64,000 nt of DNA from Candidatus Bathyarchaeia archaeon (GCA_049512075.1 JBEKXL010000006.1:1-64000), one strand, 5' to 3'. Counted from the stretch's first letter, positions 20,257-30,753 are shown. Notes: generated from the letters alone by a model not told the origin. A program made the numbers and translations.

Positions 20257-21528
20257 TCAGTTCTTCTTTTCGACTTCCTGTTTCAAAAACAACTTGCTCT
20301 TGGGCGGCAAATCTCTCTGAACCATGAGGTTGGGACCTATCCAACTGTCGTTTCCCACCTTGACGCCTGGCATGAGAAGCGCGTTTATCCCTGTTTTCAC
20401 GTCGTCCCCCAGAACTGCTCCGAGCTTTTTTCTTCCGCTGTCAACATGTTTGTCCTTCACCATCATCTTGATTGTGCCAGCGTCAAGTCGATAGTTGGCC
20501 GTTATCGTGCCCGCGCCCAAGTTGCCTCTCTCGCCTATTATGCTGTCGCCAACGTATGAAAGGTGGCCTATGTGCGTGCTGTCCATTATTATGCTGTTCT
20601 TGATTTCGCAGGCGTTTCCAACTCTCACCTTTCTGCCGATGCTCGTGCATGGGCGGATGTAACAGTTGGGCCCTATGTCGGCTTCCTCATCTATGAAAGC
20701 CGGCCCCTCCACGTATGCTCCTGAACGGACGCGCGCGGTTTCGGCAACCGTTACAGGGCCTACTAGGTGTGCTCCGTCCTCGATGAATCCGAAGGGTTTG
20801 TGCTTCATTCTTGTCAGCGCCCATCGGTTCGCTTCAAGCAGGTCCCAGGGTCTTCCGATGTCAATCCAGTCTTCACCGGCTATCTTGACGGCTAGCACCG
20901 GTTTTTTTTCATTTATGAGAAGCGTGAGCGCGTCTGGAATTTCCCATTCTCCTCTGGACGTGGCGGAGGTTTGTTTTATCTTGGCGAATATTTCTGTTGA
21001 GAAAACGTAGATGCCCGCGTTGGCCAGGTTTGTCGGGGCTTCTTCTCGAGTGGGCTTTTCCACTATGCGTTTGACATGTTTGCCGTTTTCAAGTTCGACT
21101 ATGCCGTAGTTCTCCGGTTTTTCAACAGGCACGACAGCCATGGTTGTGGCAGGCTTCTCTGATTGATGGAGGTCGACAACTGTCTTCAAAGCCTCTGCGG
21201 CAAACAGCACGTCACCGTTAACTAGCAGAAAATCGTCGTTGACGTAAGGCTCAACAACGCTTACGGCGTTGCCTGTTCCAAGGACTGCTTGCTGTTCTGC
21301 GTATTCAATCTTGAGCCCGAAGTCTTTGCCGTCCCCGAAGTATTGGCGAATCGCATCTCCCATGTAGTGAACGACTATCACCGCTTCGCTTATCCCCGCC
21401 CTCTTCAGTGCGTTCAAGCAGTGCTCGAGTATCGGTTTTCCAGCCACCTTAATCAGGTGTTTAGGCCTAGTTGCCGTGATGGGTTGAAGCCTGACGCCCT
21501 CTCCCGCGGCCAAGATTGCGGCTTTCAT
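20257..21528 (-). CDS. glmU: Bifunctional sugar-1-phosphate nucleotidyltransferase/acetyltransferase
   Basis: LAAGEGVRLQP, RPKHL, hexapeptide repeats, HLSYVGDS; overlaps glmM stop. Confidence 0.88.
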   Translation of the reverse strand: MKAAILAAGEGVRLQPITATRPKHLIKVAGKPILEHCLNALKRAGISEAVIVVHYMGDAIRQYFGDGKDFGLKIEYAEQQAVLGTGNAVSVVEPYVNDDFLLVNGDVLFAAEALKTVVDLHQSEKPATTMAVVPVEKPENYGIVELENGKHVKRIVEKPTREEAPTNLANAGIYVFSTEIFAKIKQTSATSRGEWEIPDALTLLINEKKPVLAVKIAGEDWIDIGRPWDLLEANRWALTRMKHKPFGFIEDGAHLVGPVTVAETARVRSGAYVEGPAFIDEEADIGPNCYIRPCTSIGRKVRVGNACEIKNSIIMDSTHIGHLSYVGDSIIGERGNLGAGTITANYRLDAGTIKMMVKDKHVDSGRKKLGAVLGDDVKTGINALLMPGVKVGNDSWIGPNLMVQRDLPPKSKLFLKQEVEKKN

Positions 21529-22886
21529 CTCTCATCATTTCCCAGCAGGTTCCTGATGGAATTTGCTCCTTTTTCCATTATCTCTCTTGCTGCTTTTAAC
21601 GATTCACCCTGAACCGTCAGCCTTACGACGGGTTCCGTGCCCGAAGCTCTGACCAGCAGCCATCCGTCTTCGAGAACCAAGCGAACCCCGTCAACCTTTG
21701 AGAATTTCTGGCACGTTTGAAAGACAGACTTCAAGCGTTCCCCGATTTTTTCCACAGCCTTTTCTTTCAGGTCATTCTTGCAGGTGAAGTTCTCTCTCAG
21801 GATTGGGTACTTGGGCGTTTCAGCAACAAACTCGGCTAAGCTCTCGTTCTCGTCTTCTAGCGCCTTCAGAAGCAGGGCTGACGAGAGGATGCCGTCTGGG
21901 CAGTAATTGAGTTGCGGATGTATCCACGCGCCGCAAGGTTCACCGCCGAACAAGGCGTTGCGCTTCTTCATCATTTCCGCAACGTAAACGTCGCCGACCT
22001 TTGTCCTAACAATCTTCCCACCGTGCCGCTCAACCATTTTTTCCACGGCCATCGAAGCTTCGACGCTCGTCACAACCGTTCCACCTCCATTTTCCTTCAC
22101 AACGTGAGCGGCGTAGGCGGCTAGAACTTGGTCAAAATCCGCAAAACTGCCGTTCTCATCTATGAAGGCCACTCTGTCACCGTCACCGTCGTAAGCCAAA
22201 CCTCCGTCTGCACCTAGGATCTTGACAACTGCGGCCAAGTTCGTCAGAGACTTGGCGTTCGGTTCAGGGCTTCTTGCTGGAAACCATCCGTCTGGCTGCG
22301 CGTTCAACGCTGTCACTTTGCAGCCCAGACCCTGCAGAACTGCTGGCGCAAGGCTGAAGGTGGCTCCGCATCCAGCGTCAACTACGACGTGCCATTTCCT
22401 GCAAAGCTTTACACTTTTCTCTATGTTTTCAACGTACAGACTGCTCTTGTCTGCAGACTGGTCGTGGCCAACATTTTCCCAGTCTGCGAGCCTAAAACGT
22501 TCTTGCTCGATTATTCGTTCAATCATGTTTTGGCTTTCCTCATCATAGGTCAGGCCGTTATAGTCGAAAACCTTGATGCCGTTGTACTCAGGCGGGTTGT
22601 GAGAAGCCGTTATCATCACGCCGGCATCAGCCTTCATTTTCTTTGTCAAGAAAGCTAAGACGGGGGTCGGCATTACTCCCAGGCATTTCACGTTGGCGCC
22701 GCCCGATTCAAGGCCAGAAACCAATGCGTCCTGAAGCATCGCCCCAGAAACCCTCGTGTCTCTAGCGACAAGCACTTCTTTGGCCTTGGCGAAGGTCGCC
22801 ACAGCTGAACCCACCTGCTCCGCCAGAACCGCCGTCAACTCCACGTTGGCTAAACCGCGGACCCCAGAGCTGCCAAATAACCGCAA
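21525..22886 (-). CDS. glmM: Phosphoglucosamine mutase
   Basis: LFGSSGVRG, ITASHNPPEYNG, DGDGDR, VRASGTEP; TTG start after GGGAGGT. Confidence 0.85.
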   Translation of the reverse strand: MRLFGSSGVRGLANVELTAVLAEQVGSAVATFAKAKEVLVARDTRVSGAMLQDALVSGLESGGANVKCLGVMPTPVLAFLTKKMKADAGVMITASHNPPEYNGIKVFDYNGLTYDEESQNMIERIIEQERFRLADWENVGHDQSADKSSLYVENIEKSVKLCRKWHVVVDAGCGATFSLAPAVLQGLGCKVTALNAQPDGWFPARSPEPNAKSLTNLAAVVKILGADGGLAYDGDGDRVAFIDENGSFADFDQVLAAYAAHVVKENGGGTVVTSVEASMAVEKMVERHGGKIVRTKVGDVYVAEMMKKRNALFGGEPCGAWIHPQLNYCPDGILSSALLLKALEDENESLAEFVAETPKYPILRENFTCKNDLKEKAVEKIGERLKSVFQTCQKFSKVDGVRLVLEDGWLLVRASGTEPVVRLTVQGESLKAAREIMEKGANSIRNLLGNDER

Positions 22887-23018
22887 CGTCAGACCTCCCG
22901 AACAGCTAAGAGACAAGATAACAACCATGTCTGCTCTTAAAAAACTAAGCACAGAAAATAGGATCAGTCTTGAGATTTCTCTTTAGAAAACTGGGATATT
23001 CAAGACTCTTCTTCGGTG

Positions 23019-23831
23019 CTAGATGAGCGCGAGCAGGCGCGCTATGCAAATCCACACGATGTCGCCCACGAACAGTGCTAGGACTAGACCTGCTGTTATG
23101 AAGATGAGGAAGGGTAGGCCGGGGGTTGCCCAAATGTCGTCTTGGATTTTTCCATCGTTGACAGCCTTGTCCAATCTTTCAACGACGGCATCCCTGCCCT
23201 CGTCCTTGGGCAGGGCAACTAGTTTTCTCTTGAGACTGTTTTCGGAATCCTCGTTTGCATCCTCAAGGGGGTAAACGTGCCATTTGTCCTTCAATTTCTG
23301 AACGGGTGCTTTGTAGCCAGTTATCAAGATCAGGATCTTCCTGCCGATGGACCCGTTCTCGTACTGTCCTTCGAACAGTTTTCTGCCGGTTCTTGTACGC
23401 CAAACGATGTTGTACCCGAGCATGACAAGCGTCATCAACGCCGCCAGCAAGACAGAGTTGCTGAAAATACTCAGGGGAAAGAGTGTCTGTTGGATTGGTG
23501 AAACTCCGTACAGGGGAGTAAGCAGACTTATCGGAAAAAACGGTAACACGAGTGCCAGGCACATCAGTGCTTTTGCGTCAGCTCCTCCGAAGCCGCCGGC
23601 GTAGAAAATCACTATGGCGAAGAGGGCGGTGAAGCCGAAGCAAATTCCGTAGAGGGGCAGCTGTGCAAACTGGTAAAGGTAAACTTCTGCAAAAGTGAGC
23701 GCGAAAGCAAGCGGAGCTAGCACCATCCAAACGGTGTTGCTTACTTCACGTGTTTTGTTGTCGCTCCATGACGCATAGAAAAGAAAGACTAAGGCCAATG
23801 TTGTCCTTGCCAAATCCAACAGAGACTGCAA
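23019..23831 (-). CDS. Prepilin/preflagellin peptidase (A24, PibD/FlaK-like)
   Basis: ASWSDNKTREV and FGGADAK aspartate motifs; IWATPGLPFL C-terminus. Confidence 0.9.
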   Translation of the reverse strand: MQSLLDLARTTLALVFLFYASWSDNKTREVSNTVWMVLAPLAFALTFAEVYLYQFAQLPLYGICFGFTALFAIVIFYAGGFGGADAKALMCLALVLPFFPISLLTPLYGVSPIQQTLFPLSIFSNSVLLAALMTLVMLGYNIVWRTRTGRKLFEGQYENGSIGRKILILITGYKAPVQKLKDKWHVYPLEDANEDSENSLKRKLVALPKDEGRDAVVERLDKAVNDGKIQDDIWATPGLPFLIFITAGLVLALFVGDIVWICIARLLALI

Positions 23832-23925
23832 AGTGACACCGTCAGAAGCATCGAATTGTCTTCTTTGCTTAATTGTCTTTCCACGTTGTCTTGCTTGAGG
23901 TCAAAGAAAATTGAGAATGAAGTCT

Positions 23926-24405
23926 TTAGGATGCTGGTGCTTGTTCGTTCCATGGTAAGGATTGTCCGGTTGACGTTAGCACTTTGAAATAGTATGTTAC
24001 CCCGTATTGCCAAGAGTAGTCAACTGTTATTCTCTGAACAGAGCCTGCTTGGAGTGGCACCGGTGTGATTGTTTGGTTATCCATTGCGGACGATGATGGT
24101 CCGATGTAAACTTGAATGATCGTGGTGCCTGAGGTCCCGGAATCCCCTACGTCAATGTCTATTTTGGTTCCATTTCCATAGAAGTTCACGTTTGCCGTAT
24201 AAAGAACCACGCCTGCCTGTCCAGTCAAGTGACCAGTATATGTCATTACCCACGCGTACGTTACCACTATGGCCGCTACGGCTATAACAACCAGCAGTAA
24301 CGTTGCAAGTATTGGCGAAATGGCTTTCTTTGATTTGAATAGCCTATGTGTCAAACTGTTCACCTTCTTGTTGTTTAAGAATGATTCAACTTTGTTATTT
24401 AACAT
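23926..24405 (-). CDS. Archaeal type IV pilin (probable major pilin)
   Basis: Class III signal KKA|ISPILATLLLVVIAV; C-terminal YYFKVLTSTG strand; GAGGGT before ATG 24405. Confidence 0.88.
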   Translation of the reverse strand: MLNNKVESFLNNKKVNSLTHRLFKSKKAISPILATLLLVVIAVAAIVVTYAWVMTYTGHLTGQAGVVLYTANVNFYGNGTKIDIDVGDSGTSGTTIIQVYIGPSSSAMDNQTITPVPLQAGSVQRITVDYSWQYGVTYYFKVLTSTGQSLPWNEQAPAS

Positions 24406-24541
24406 GTATGAACCCTCAATCTGCATTTCTGATCAAAGTCCACTGCACAACGGTCGACCAACAGGTACAGCAAACTTTTCCATTTCATACCATCACCTTT
24501 GCCCTGGCACAGTCTTAAACATCCCACTTTGAGGTTGTCGG

Positions 24542-27500
24542 CTAGTGTCCTGTGAACACTGCCGCAGTCGGTGGATATTCAACGCTTAGCCAAGAACCGC
24601 TGACTTGGCCGCTCGCTATCTGATAGATTGGCGTGGTGTTGCTGAACGTCGACACTGCGCCCATCCATATCGTGTTTAACGTATACGTGAAACTCGCGGG
24701 AGCCATTTCTACCGGATGCAGTTCAATCGTTCCTGCTGCCGCGTTTACTCTTAGGCCTCCAGTTTGGGTTCCGGCCAAACTGTCGAAGCTGTATAGCTCG
24801 TTGTTTCCAACGTCTGTAAACGTAATACCTGCCCCGTTTGCCCCAGAAATCAGTTGGCTCCAGTGATGCGCCCAGATTGCAGACTGGTTGTAGAATGTGC
24901 CTGTTGCCGTTGAAACTATTGGGTAACCGCCTGCTGTCCCGTTTTCGGTCTGCGCCTGCGTGAATAGGCCTTGAAGTTCAATCGGGCATAGCTCTGTGAC
25001 CGTTCTGCTCTGCTGCGATTGTACGAACATTACCCTCAGTTGGTAAGTGTAGTAGGTCGCGTTTGCCGGCAAAGTTATCACGATGTGTGCGTAAAGGTTT
25101 GGAGAGTTGGGCGCGCCATTACTCCATTCAGCTTCCTGCTGAACTATGTCTCTCACTACTCCAGAGGCGATTACGTATGCGGGGCTGGCGCCGTAGGTGC
25201 TTGCCTGGCCGTTCAGTCGCATGAAAGTAGCCGTACATGATGAGCTTCCAACAGTGGAGGTCAACGTGAAGCTTCCTCCAAACTGAAGTGTCAGCATACT
25301 ATTTGTTAGCGTCCCTGTGGAAGGATTGTCCCCTGTGAAGTATCTGTTGACGAAGGCGTACGGGGTTTGAGTCGCTAGATCGCTTCCGTTCCACCAAATT
25401 GTGACTCTTGAAACGTTGTTGTTCGCTAGGAAAACTATCATGTTTCCGTCGCTGAAGACGCTTGAATTGCCGGTCAAGCCTAACGGTACCAAGTAATTAG
25501 AAGCCCAGTCTTCTATCTGGAACGGTACCTCAGAATCGACACCGTTTATCGTCTGGTTGACATGTATTGATTTCACGGGAAGCGGGGGAATCGGCATAGC
25601 TTGTGACGTAAGCTGCAGGCTCTGTCCAAGCCACCGCATGGTGCCGTTCTGCAGGAGTTCTATTGTAAGCGTGTCTGTAGTGGGCATTGATTGAATTGTG
25701 CCATTGAAGGTGAGAAGTGTTGCGTCTATCCGCCAGCTGTTTTGAGTGGGGTCAGAGTTTATGTTGCCGTCTCTGAATCTTATTGTAAAGGTTGACGACT
25801 GGACAAGACTGGAGACTGAGGCGTTGTTCCAGCTGTTTGCTGCCAAATTGCTCAAGATGCTAACCCAGCCGCTTCCGCTCCATCCGTCGACGCTGATTGT
25901 TTCAGCGTCTAATGCTCCAGTTTTGATGGATAGAAATTTCTGATGCGGATCCAAATAGTTCACGTTCGTCCATTGCTCTTCAGCGTCAAGACGATAATTG
26001 TCCGTGCTATTCCAAGTGTGAAGAAGCACGGAGTCTATCTGCCATGTTGATTGCACAGTGTCGCCTGTTGTTACAGTATCAACGAATCTTATCGTGAAGG
26101 TCGCGGAAGTCAAATATGAAGACACTGACATGTTGTTCCATGCGTTAGCAGCTAGATTGCTGTTCAAAACTGTCCAGCTTACTCCATTCCACACGTCAAC
26201 CTCCAAGTTTTCATTGCTGAACGTTCCAGTCTTTATGCAGAGCAGTTCTGACCCGTTAGTGTTGTAGGGAGCAGATGTCCATTGCCTCTCCAAATCAATC
26301 CTGTAGTTTGCATATACACTGTCATTTACTCCTTGGGCCTCGAAGATGGAAACAGTCCTGCTTGAAGTATCCGTCTTAGAGAATCTGAATCGTACAGCTG
26401 TGTACTGAGAAAACGCGATTGAAGCGTTAGCGTAGGCGTTCCGAGTGAAAGTTCCACTGTAAACATTGAGCCATGAACCTGTTTGATTAGCAATGTCAAT
26501 GTCCATAGTGTCTATCGCACTGTTAGATCTGGCCACCCAGTACTGAATTTTCGAACCTCTAGTTACATAGGTGAGATTGAGTGTCAGATACGCGCCGTAC
26601 CCGGATGCACTCCAAGAATATGTCGCGGCTGTTCCTGTGTTGTTGTCGTAGGCGCTTGCTGGACTGGTCCACACGCCCCCGTTGTTGCTGAAGTAAGAGT
26701 ACTTTTCTGGGCTGCTGCTGTTTGTGTCAGCTTCGGTAAGAGTGTCAAAAATGCCCTCACTATATTTTTCGGTTGTGAAGTTGCTTGCCGTCCCAGTGTT
26801 GCCGTTGCCGTCGACATCAGACGTGTTGCCCTGCACGAACTGTTGAGTATCTCCTTGAATCGTGGGAACGTCGGTTTCGATTAAGGTATCGTTGATGTTG
26901 TCTGGACCGTATTGTTGTGCTGTGAAGTTCAAGTGTGTGCCGATGTCACCGTTCGAATCCACGTCCGATACGTCGTTGTTGACGTAGTAGTACGATGGTG
27001 ATGTTGCATTAGATGTAACTGATGGCCATGTCAAGTTCATCACATAAGAGGAAAATGGTGAGGCCACGACGATTATGCCTCTTTGATCTTCTACTTGAAC
27101 GACATAGGAATTGGGGTCTATTCCTACGGGTGGTTGAATCTGGTATGTCCCGTTCGCGTAGGCTATTGGACTGGTGCTGGAAGAGACTAGTTTCCAAGTT
27201 GAGTTTGCGGTTTGATATTGGAAGAATTGGAAGTTGTGTTGTTCAAGGTCTGTTACAGGTTCATTTTGGTCCTCGGTCACGATTAGACTTGTTTGGTTGT
27301 TCTGCGTTGTGTTTGTAATCTGCACCGTTAGTCCGCATGAAGGTGCATACTGCACTCCATAAATGCCGAGTTTCGTTAGGTTGTAAGTCACGCTGAGGTA
27401 TCCTGTGCTGAAACTAGTATTGTTAAACCAATAGGTGTCAACTGTCAGATTTGTTAGGCTAAACCCGGCTCCCCAGTCTGGATGAGTGTTTGCGACGTAT

Positions 27501-27766
27501 TCCAGTCCGCTGGTTGTGTACTTCAACGTGCTTTGATTTGCAAATGATGCATCTCCAGTGACTCGGATGACAGAGCCATAATAGCCCACGCTAAAACTGA
27601 GTAGTTGTTTTATGGCGAAGTTGGTCTCGTCGATGGCTGTCAGGACTTGCGGTTGAACCTGAATCGAATCGTTGAGTATAACAGTGTACGTCAACATGAC
27701 GGTTGACACGAGAATTATGGAAATGAGCAGGGCAGCGATAATTGAAAACTGACCTCTGTTGTTCAA
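24542..27766 (-). CDS. Giant pilin-like adhesin (1074 aa) with class III signal peptide
   Basis: MNNRG|QFSIIAALLISII; S/T/N-rich; internal duplicated segments. Confidence 0.75.
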   Translation of the reverse strand: MNNRGQFSIIAALLISIILVSTVMLTYTVILNDSIQVQPQVLTAIDETNFAIKQLLSFSVGYYGSVIRVTGDASFANQSTLKYTTSGLEYVANTHPDWGAGFSLTNLTVDTYWFNNTSFSTGYLSVTYNLTKLGIYGVQYAPSCGLTVQITNTTQNNQTSLIVTEDQNEPVTDLEQHNFQFFQYQTANSTWKLVSSSTSPIAYANGTYQIQPPVGIDPNSYVVQVEDQRGIIVVASPFSSYVMNLTWPSVTSNATSPSYYYVNNDVSDVDSNGDIGTHLNFTAQQYGPDNINDTLIETDVPTIQGDTQQFVQGNTSDVDGNGNTGTASNFTTEKYSEGIFDTLTEADTNSSSPEKYSYFSNNGGVWTSPASAYDNNTGTAATYSWSASGYGAYLTLNLTYVTRGSKIQYWVARSNSAIDTMDIDIANQTGSWLNVYSGTFTRNAYANASIAFSQYTAVRFRFSKTDTSSRTVSIFEAQGVNDSVYANYRIDLERQWTSAPYNTNGSELLCIKTGTFSNENLEVDVWNGVSWTVLNSNLAANAWNNMSVSSYLTSATFTIRFVDTVTTGDTVQSTWQIDSVLLHTWNSTDNYRLDAEEQWTNVNYLDPHQKFLSIKTGALDAETISVDGWSGSGWVSILSNLAANSWNNASVSSLVQSSTFTIRFRDGNINSDPTQNSWRIDATLLTFNGTIQSMPTTDTLTIELLQNGTMRWLGQSLQLTSQAMPIPPLPVKSIHVNQTINGVDSEVPFQIEDWASNYLVPLGLTGNSSVFSDGNMIVFLANNNVSRVTIWWNGSDLATQTPYAFVNRYFTGDNPSTGTLTNSMLTLQFGGSFTLTSTVGSSSCTATFMRLNGQASTYGASPAYVIASGVVRDIVQQEAEWSNGAPNSPNLYAHIVITLPANATYYTYQLRVMFVQSQQSRTVTELCPIELQGLFTQAQTENGTAGGYPIVSTATGTFYNQSAIWAHHWSQLISGANGAGITFTDVGNNELYSFDSLAGTQTGGLRVNAAAGTIELHPVEMAPASFTYTLNTIWMGAVSTFSNTTPIYQIASGQVSGSWLSVEYPPTAAVFTGH

Positions 27767-29065
27767 CTACTTTCCTCCCGCTAATCCAAGTTGTAGAACG
27801 ACAAGTTTGGAAGTGCCTGCAGCCGTGTACTCTGATTTGTAGAGTACAGGATTGTAATTTGACAAGATGCCTAGGCCGGCGAGTCTGATGTCTGGGACTC
27901 GCGTTACTCCTAACGTGAAGAGAGAACCTGTAATGTTGGTGTCTCCCCTGAAAGCATGATTGAACACGGCTCCTGGTAGAGCGTTATTCTTGGCATTGAA
28001 AACCATGTTCGTGGCCGTCAAGTTGTATTGACTGGTGATTGATGCAGGTAAGGCTCTTGTGGCGGTTTGAGTGGGTGAAGGAAAGATGCCATAATAGCTG
28101 CAATTGCTAAGAGCTGGTGGTGAAAGGGTGACAACACCGACGTCCGAGGTAAGCCAATTGTTATTGTAGCTGTACGGCTGGGCGTCTATGCCCTCGAGGA
28201 AACCATTGAGTCCTGCAGCGCCGACTACTTTCATCCCGTAAATGCCATACGTGTTCTGTGTTCCGTTGAGCGCCAATGTGTTTGAAACGTAATAGAGCGG
28301 GTAGCCGACTATGCTTACCCAGGTCCAATTGTACAGGTTGACCAGTCTGCCCAGCTGGTAATCGTACTGAGCGTAGTCGCTTGAAGAGTTGATTGCAAAG
28401 TTCTGAGGCATCGGTACGGCCTCTCCATTCGTATTAATGACGATGGCGTTCCGCATGGTCTCGTTCTGTAGGGGTTGTCCATTCAATAGCTGTCCAAGCT
28501 GTGTCGTATTTTGAACCATCACTATAGAGGAGGGTTGAAAGTAAGAGGCAAACATCTGTGCGAATTCTTGTGCAATGCTTTGAACGGTATACCCGGTAAT
28601 CCACCAGCCGTTCGAGTCGCTGCAGTTCAAAATGTACAGTGTTGCTGCTATTTTCTGAGGTGTGACGCTGAAGGTTACGTTGGATGAGGCAACCAAGTAG
28701 GATGCGACATCGGAACCTACGCCTAGGCTTTGGGCGTTGGAAATCGAACGCGCGCTTGCTACATTATAAAGCTGTCCATTTTGAGTTGATATGTCGTAGG
28801 CTGTCAGATTGTAGACTACGTTTGACGGTAGAGAGGCTGAGAGCGCGATTTGGAGTTGGTTCCACGCAGTATCGTTTGTTGTGTCGAAAGCAACTGTGCT
28901 AAGGTCGTTCTGTCCATCTAGGGTCTGCAACGTTGTCAGGGCAAGTCTGCTCAAGTTTATGGGTGAAACCTGCCGGGGCGAGGGCAAAACAGCAAAGAAC
29001 GAGGCTGTTAAGAAGGCTCCAGTCATTATCATGATTACGATTAACACCTCGACTGTGCGCATCAT
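27767..29065 (-). CDS. Minor pilin-like protein
   Basis: N-terminus MMRTVEVLIVIMIM (x-x-T-V-E plus hydrophobic helix); inside pilus operon. Confidence 0.65.
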   Translation of the reverse strand: MMRTVEVLIVIMIMTGAFLTASFFAVLPSPRQVSPINLSRLALTTLQTLDGQNDLSTVAFDTTNDTAWNQLQIALSASLPSNVVYNLTAYDISTQNGQLYNVASARSISNAQSLGVGSDVASYLVASSNVTFSVTPQKIAATLYILNCSDSNGWWITGYTVQSIAQEFAQMFASYFQPSSIVMVQNTTQLGQLLNGQPLQNETMRNAIVINTNGEAVPMPQNFAINSSSDYAQYDYQLGRLVNLYNWTWVSIVGYPLYYVSNTLALNGTQNTYGIYGMKVVGAAGLNGFLEGIDAQPYSYNNNWLTSDVGVVTLSPPALSNCSYYGIFPSPTQTATRALPASITSQYNLTATNMVFNAKNNALPGAVFNHAFRGDTNITGSLFTLGVTRVPDIRLAGLGILSNYNPVLYKSEYTAAGTSKLVVLQLGLAGGK

Positions 29066-29066
29066 T

Positions 29067-30254
29067 TTAGCCTGTCACCCCGTAACCTTGTAGACTCCAC
29101 AGGGAAAGCTTCGCCTGATAAGCGATGTCTCCGATGAGGACTTGGCGCAAGTCCGTGGCGACCCAGTTTTTTCCAGAAGCGTTGGCACCGAAGATCACGG
29201 ATGTTCCTATCGAGTTGACTCCGATAGGGGTGATCACCATGCCGTAGCTGTTTCCATCGCCATAGGCGACAACAAGAAAGCCAGTTTGATTATTCGTGAT
29301 GATCTGCAAGTTCTGATAGGGTGTGCCGCTATTCACACTACCAGCAAAGCTTCCGGCTGGGATTGGCAAGAAATTGTCTGGCAGGACATAAAAAAAGGCG
29401 TTGAAATACAGGTTGCCCATGCTAGGCTGCGGATTCTGGGCGAGCATTATGTTTGCTGTTCCATTATCGTAGCTCTGGACATAGGGAATTAGATTTCCAG
29501 CGTTCGTCACGGTTTCATGCGAAAGATAGCCTATTCCGCGAATTCCTTCTGTATCCGCCTTGGCTATGAACATGAATGCGGTTTCATTGCTCAGGTATGG
29601 AAACTCTTTGAATGCAATGCCAGAGGAGTCGGTTTGAAGAAGGTCAGATGTGAAATTGTAGTTCAAGACGGGATAATTACCTGAGGCACTTGTGTTCGCC
29701 CAAAACATCAGGTAGTTCACGTATGCGTTGCTGAGTGGAAACCCAGTCCCGTACACCTGAATCTCAAGTTTCAGATGCGCATCGGGTACCTCGGATATGT
29801 TCACCGTCAGGGTTGGTGTAATTGCCAGCTGAAAATCGTAGGCTCCGCTTATTCCCAACAAGCTGGTCACGTTGTGGTAACTGATGCACTCGCTTGCCTG
29901 AACGAGCAAGTATCCTCCATTCACACTCCATGACACGTTATTGTATTGTTGAGCTGCCGGAGAAAGTAGTCTCATTAGAGAAAACGGGCTTAGCCTGTAC
30001 TCCTGGAATTCTGGGTCTTGCAGGCCAAAGAAAGTGAGCTTCTGAGTACTGCTGCTCGAGAATCCCCAATCGGACGGAGCGCCTGGGTTTAACAGCATGC
30101 TGTCGAGGACATCGCTGCACTTCGTCGCGATGAATCTATGGTACTGATACACGATTGCAGTTTGATTCATTTGATTGTAGAATCCGATGAAAAGCAAGAT
30201 AGCGGCTAAGAAAATCGTGAAAGCAACCAAATGATCTATCGTTGCGCCTGCCAC
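29067..30254 (-). CDS. Minor pilin-like protein
   Basis: Probable GTG start giving MAGATIDHLVAFTIFLAAILLF; LLNPGAPSDWG motif typical of archaeal minor pilins. Confidence 0.65.
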   Translation of the reverse strand: MAGATIDHLVAFTIFLAAILLFIGFYNQMNQTAIVYQYHRFIATKCSDVLDSMLLNPGAPSDWGFSSSSTQKLTFFGLQDPEFQEYRLSPFSLMRLLSPAAQQYNNVSWSVNGGYLLVQASECISYHNVTSLLGISGAYDFQLAITPTLTVNISEVPDAHLKLEIQVYGTGFPLSNAYVNYLMFWANTSASGNYPVLNYNFTSDLLQTDSSGIAFKEFPYLSNETAFMFIAKADTEGIRGIGYLSHETVTNAGNLIPYVQSYDNGTANIMLAQNPQPSMGNLYFNAFFYVLPDNFLPIPAGSFAGSVNSGTPYQNLQIITNNQTGFLVVAYGDGNSYGMVITPIGVNSIGTSVIFGANASGKNWVATDLRQVLIGDIAYQAKLSLWSLQGYGVTG

Positions 30255-30270
30255 TGTGTACCGCCTCTGA

Positions 30271-30753
30271 CTATCCTCCAAACCCTAACCTTATGGTTCC
30301 GTTTTGAAACTTCTCGGCGTAAGCGCTCGCATTCGTGGAGTTGCTCACAAAGGTCGTCGCAGTATCCCACTGTACAATAGAACCCAAGAGGACTGAGGAG
30401 GTCACCTCATACTTGGTGGTTACCAGTCTGACGGTTATCTCGAGTACTTGGCTCGAAGTTGTCGCAACACCTGAAGGCTGAAGTGTTGCGTTTGCCGTGT
30501 AAAAGTACCCATCTATATACGAGGGAAGCCCAAACTGGTCGGAAGTTGTTCCTGCTGGTATCGTGGGATGATTAAGCGCGAAGTACATCTGCTGTATTGT
30601 ACTGCCCATATTGCTGGCTGCTTCTTGAAGTACAAGTGTCCTTCGTGAATCAACCCAAACATTCATCATATAGTTTGCGACTATGGGAAACAAGAATATT
30701 TGTAATATGAGAATCGGAATCATAATAACGTGTTCAATGGTTACGTGCGGGAT
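30271..30753 (-). CDS. Minor pilin-like protein (possible ATC start)
   Basis: Open frame upstream of annotated ATG gives (I/M)PHVTIEHVIMIPILILQIFLFP; GGAGG 7 nt before ATC at 30753. Confidence 0.6.
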   Translation of the reverse strand: MPHVTIEHVIMIPILILQIFLFPIVANYMMNVWVDSRRTLVLQEAASNMGSTIQQMYFALNHPTIPAGTTSDQFGLPSYIDGYFYTANATLQPSGVATTSSQVLEITVRLVTTKYEVTSSVLLGSIVQWDTATTFVSNSTNASAYAEKFQNGTIRLGFGG

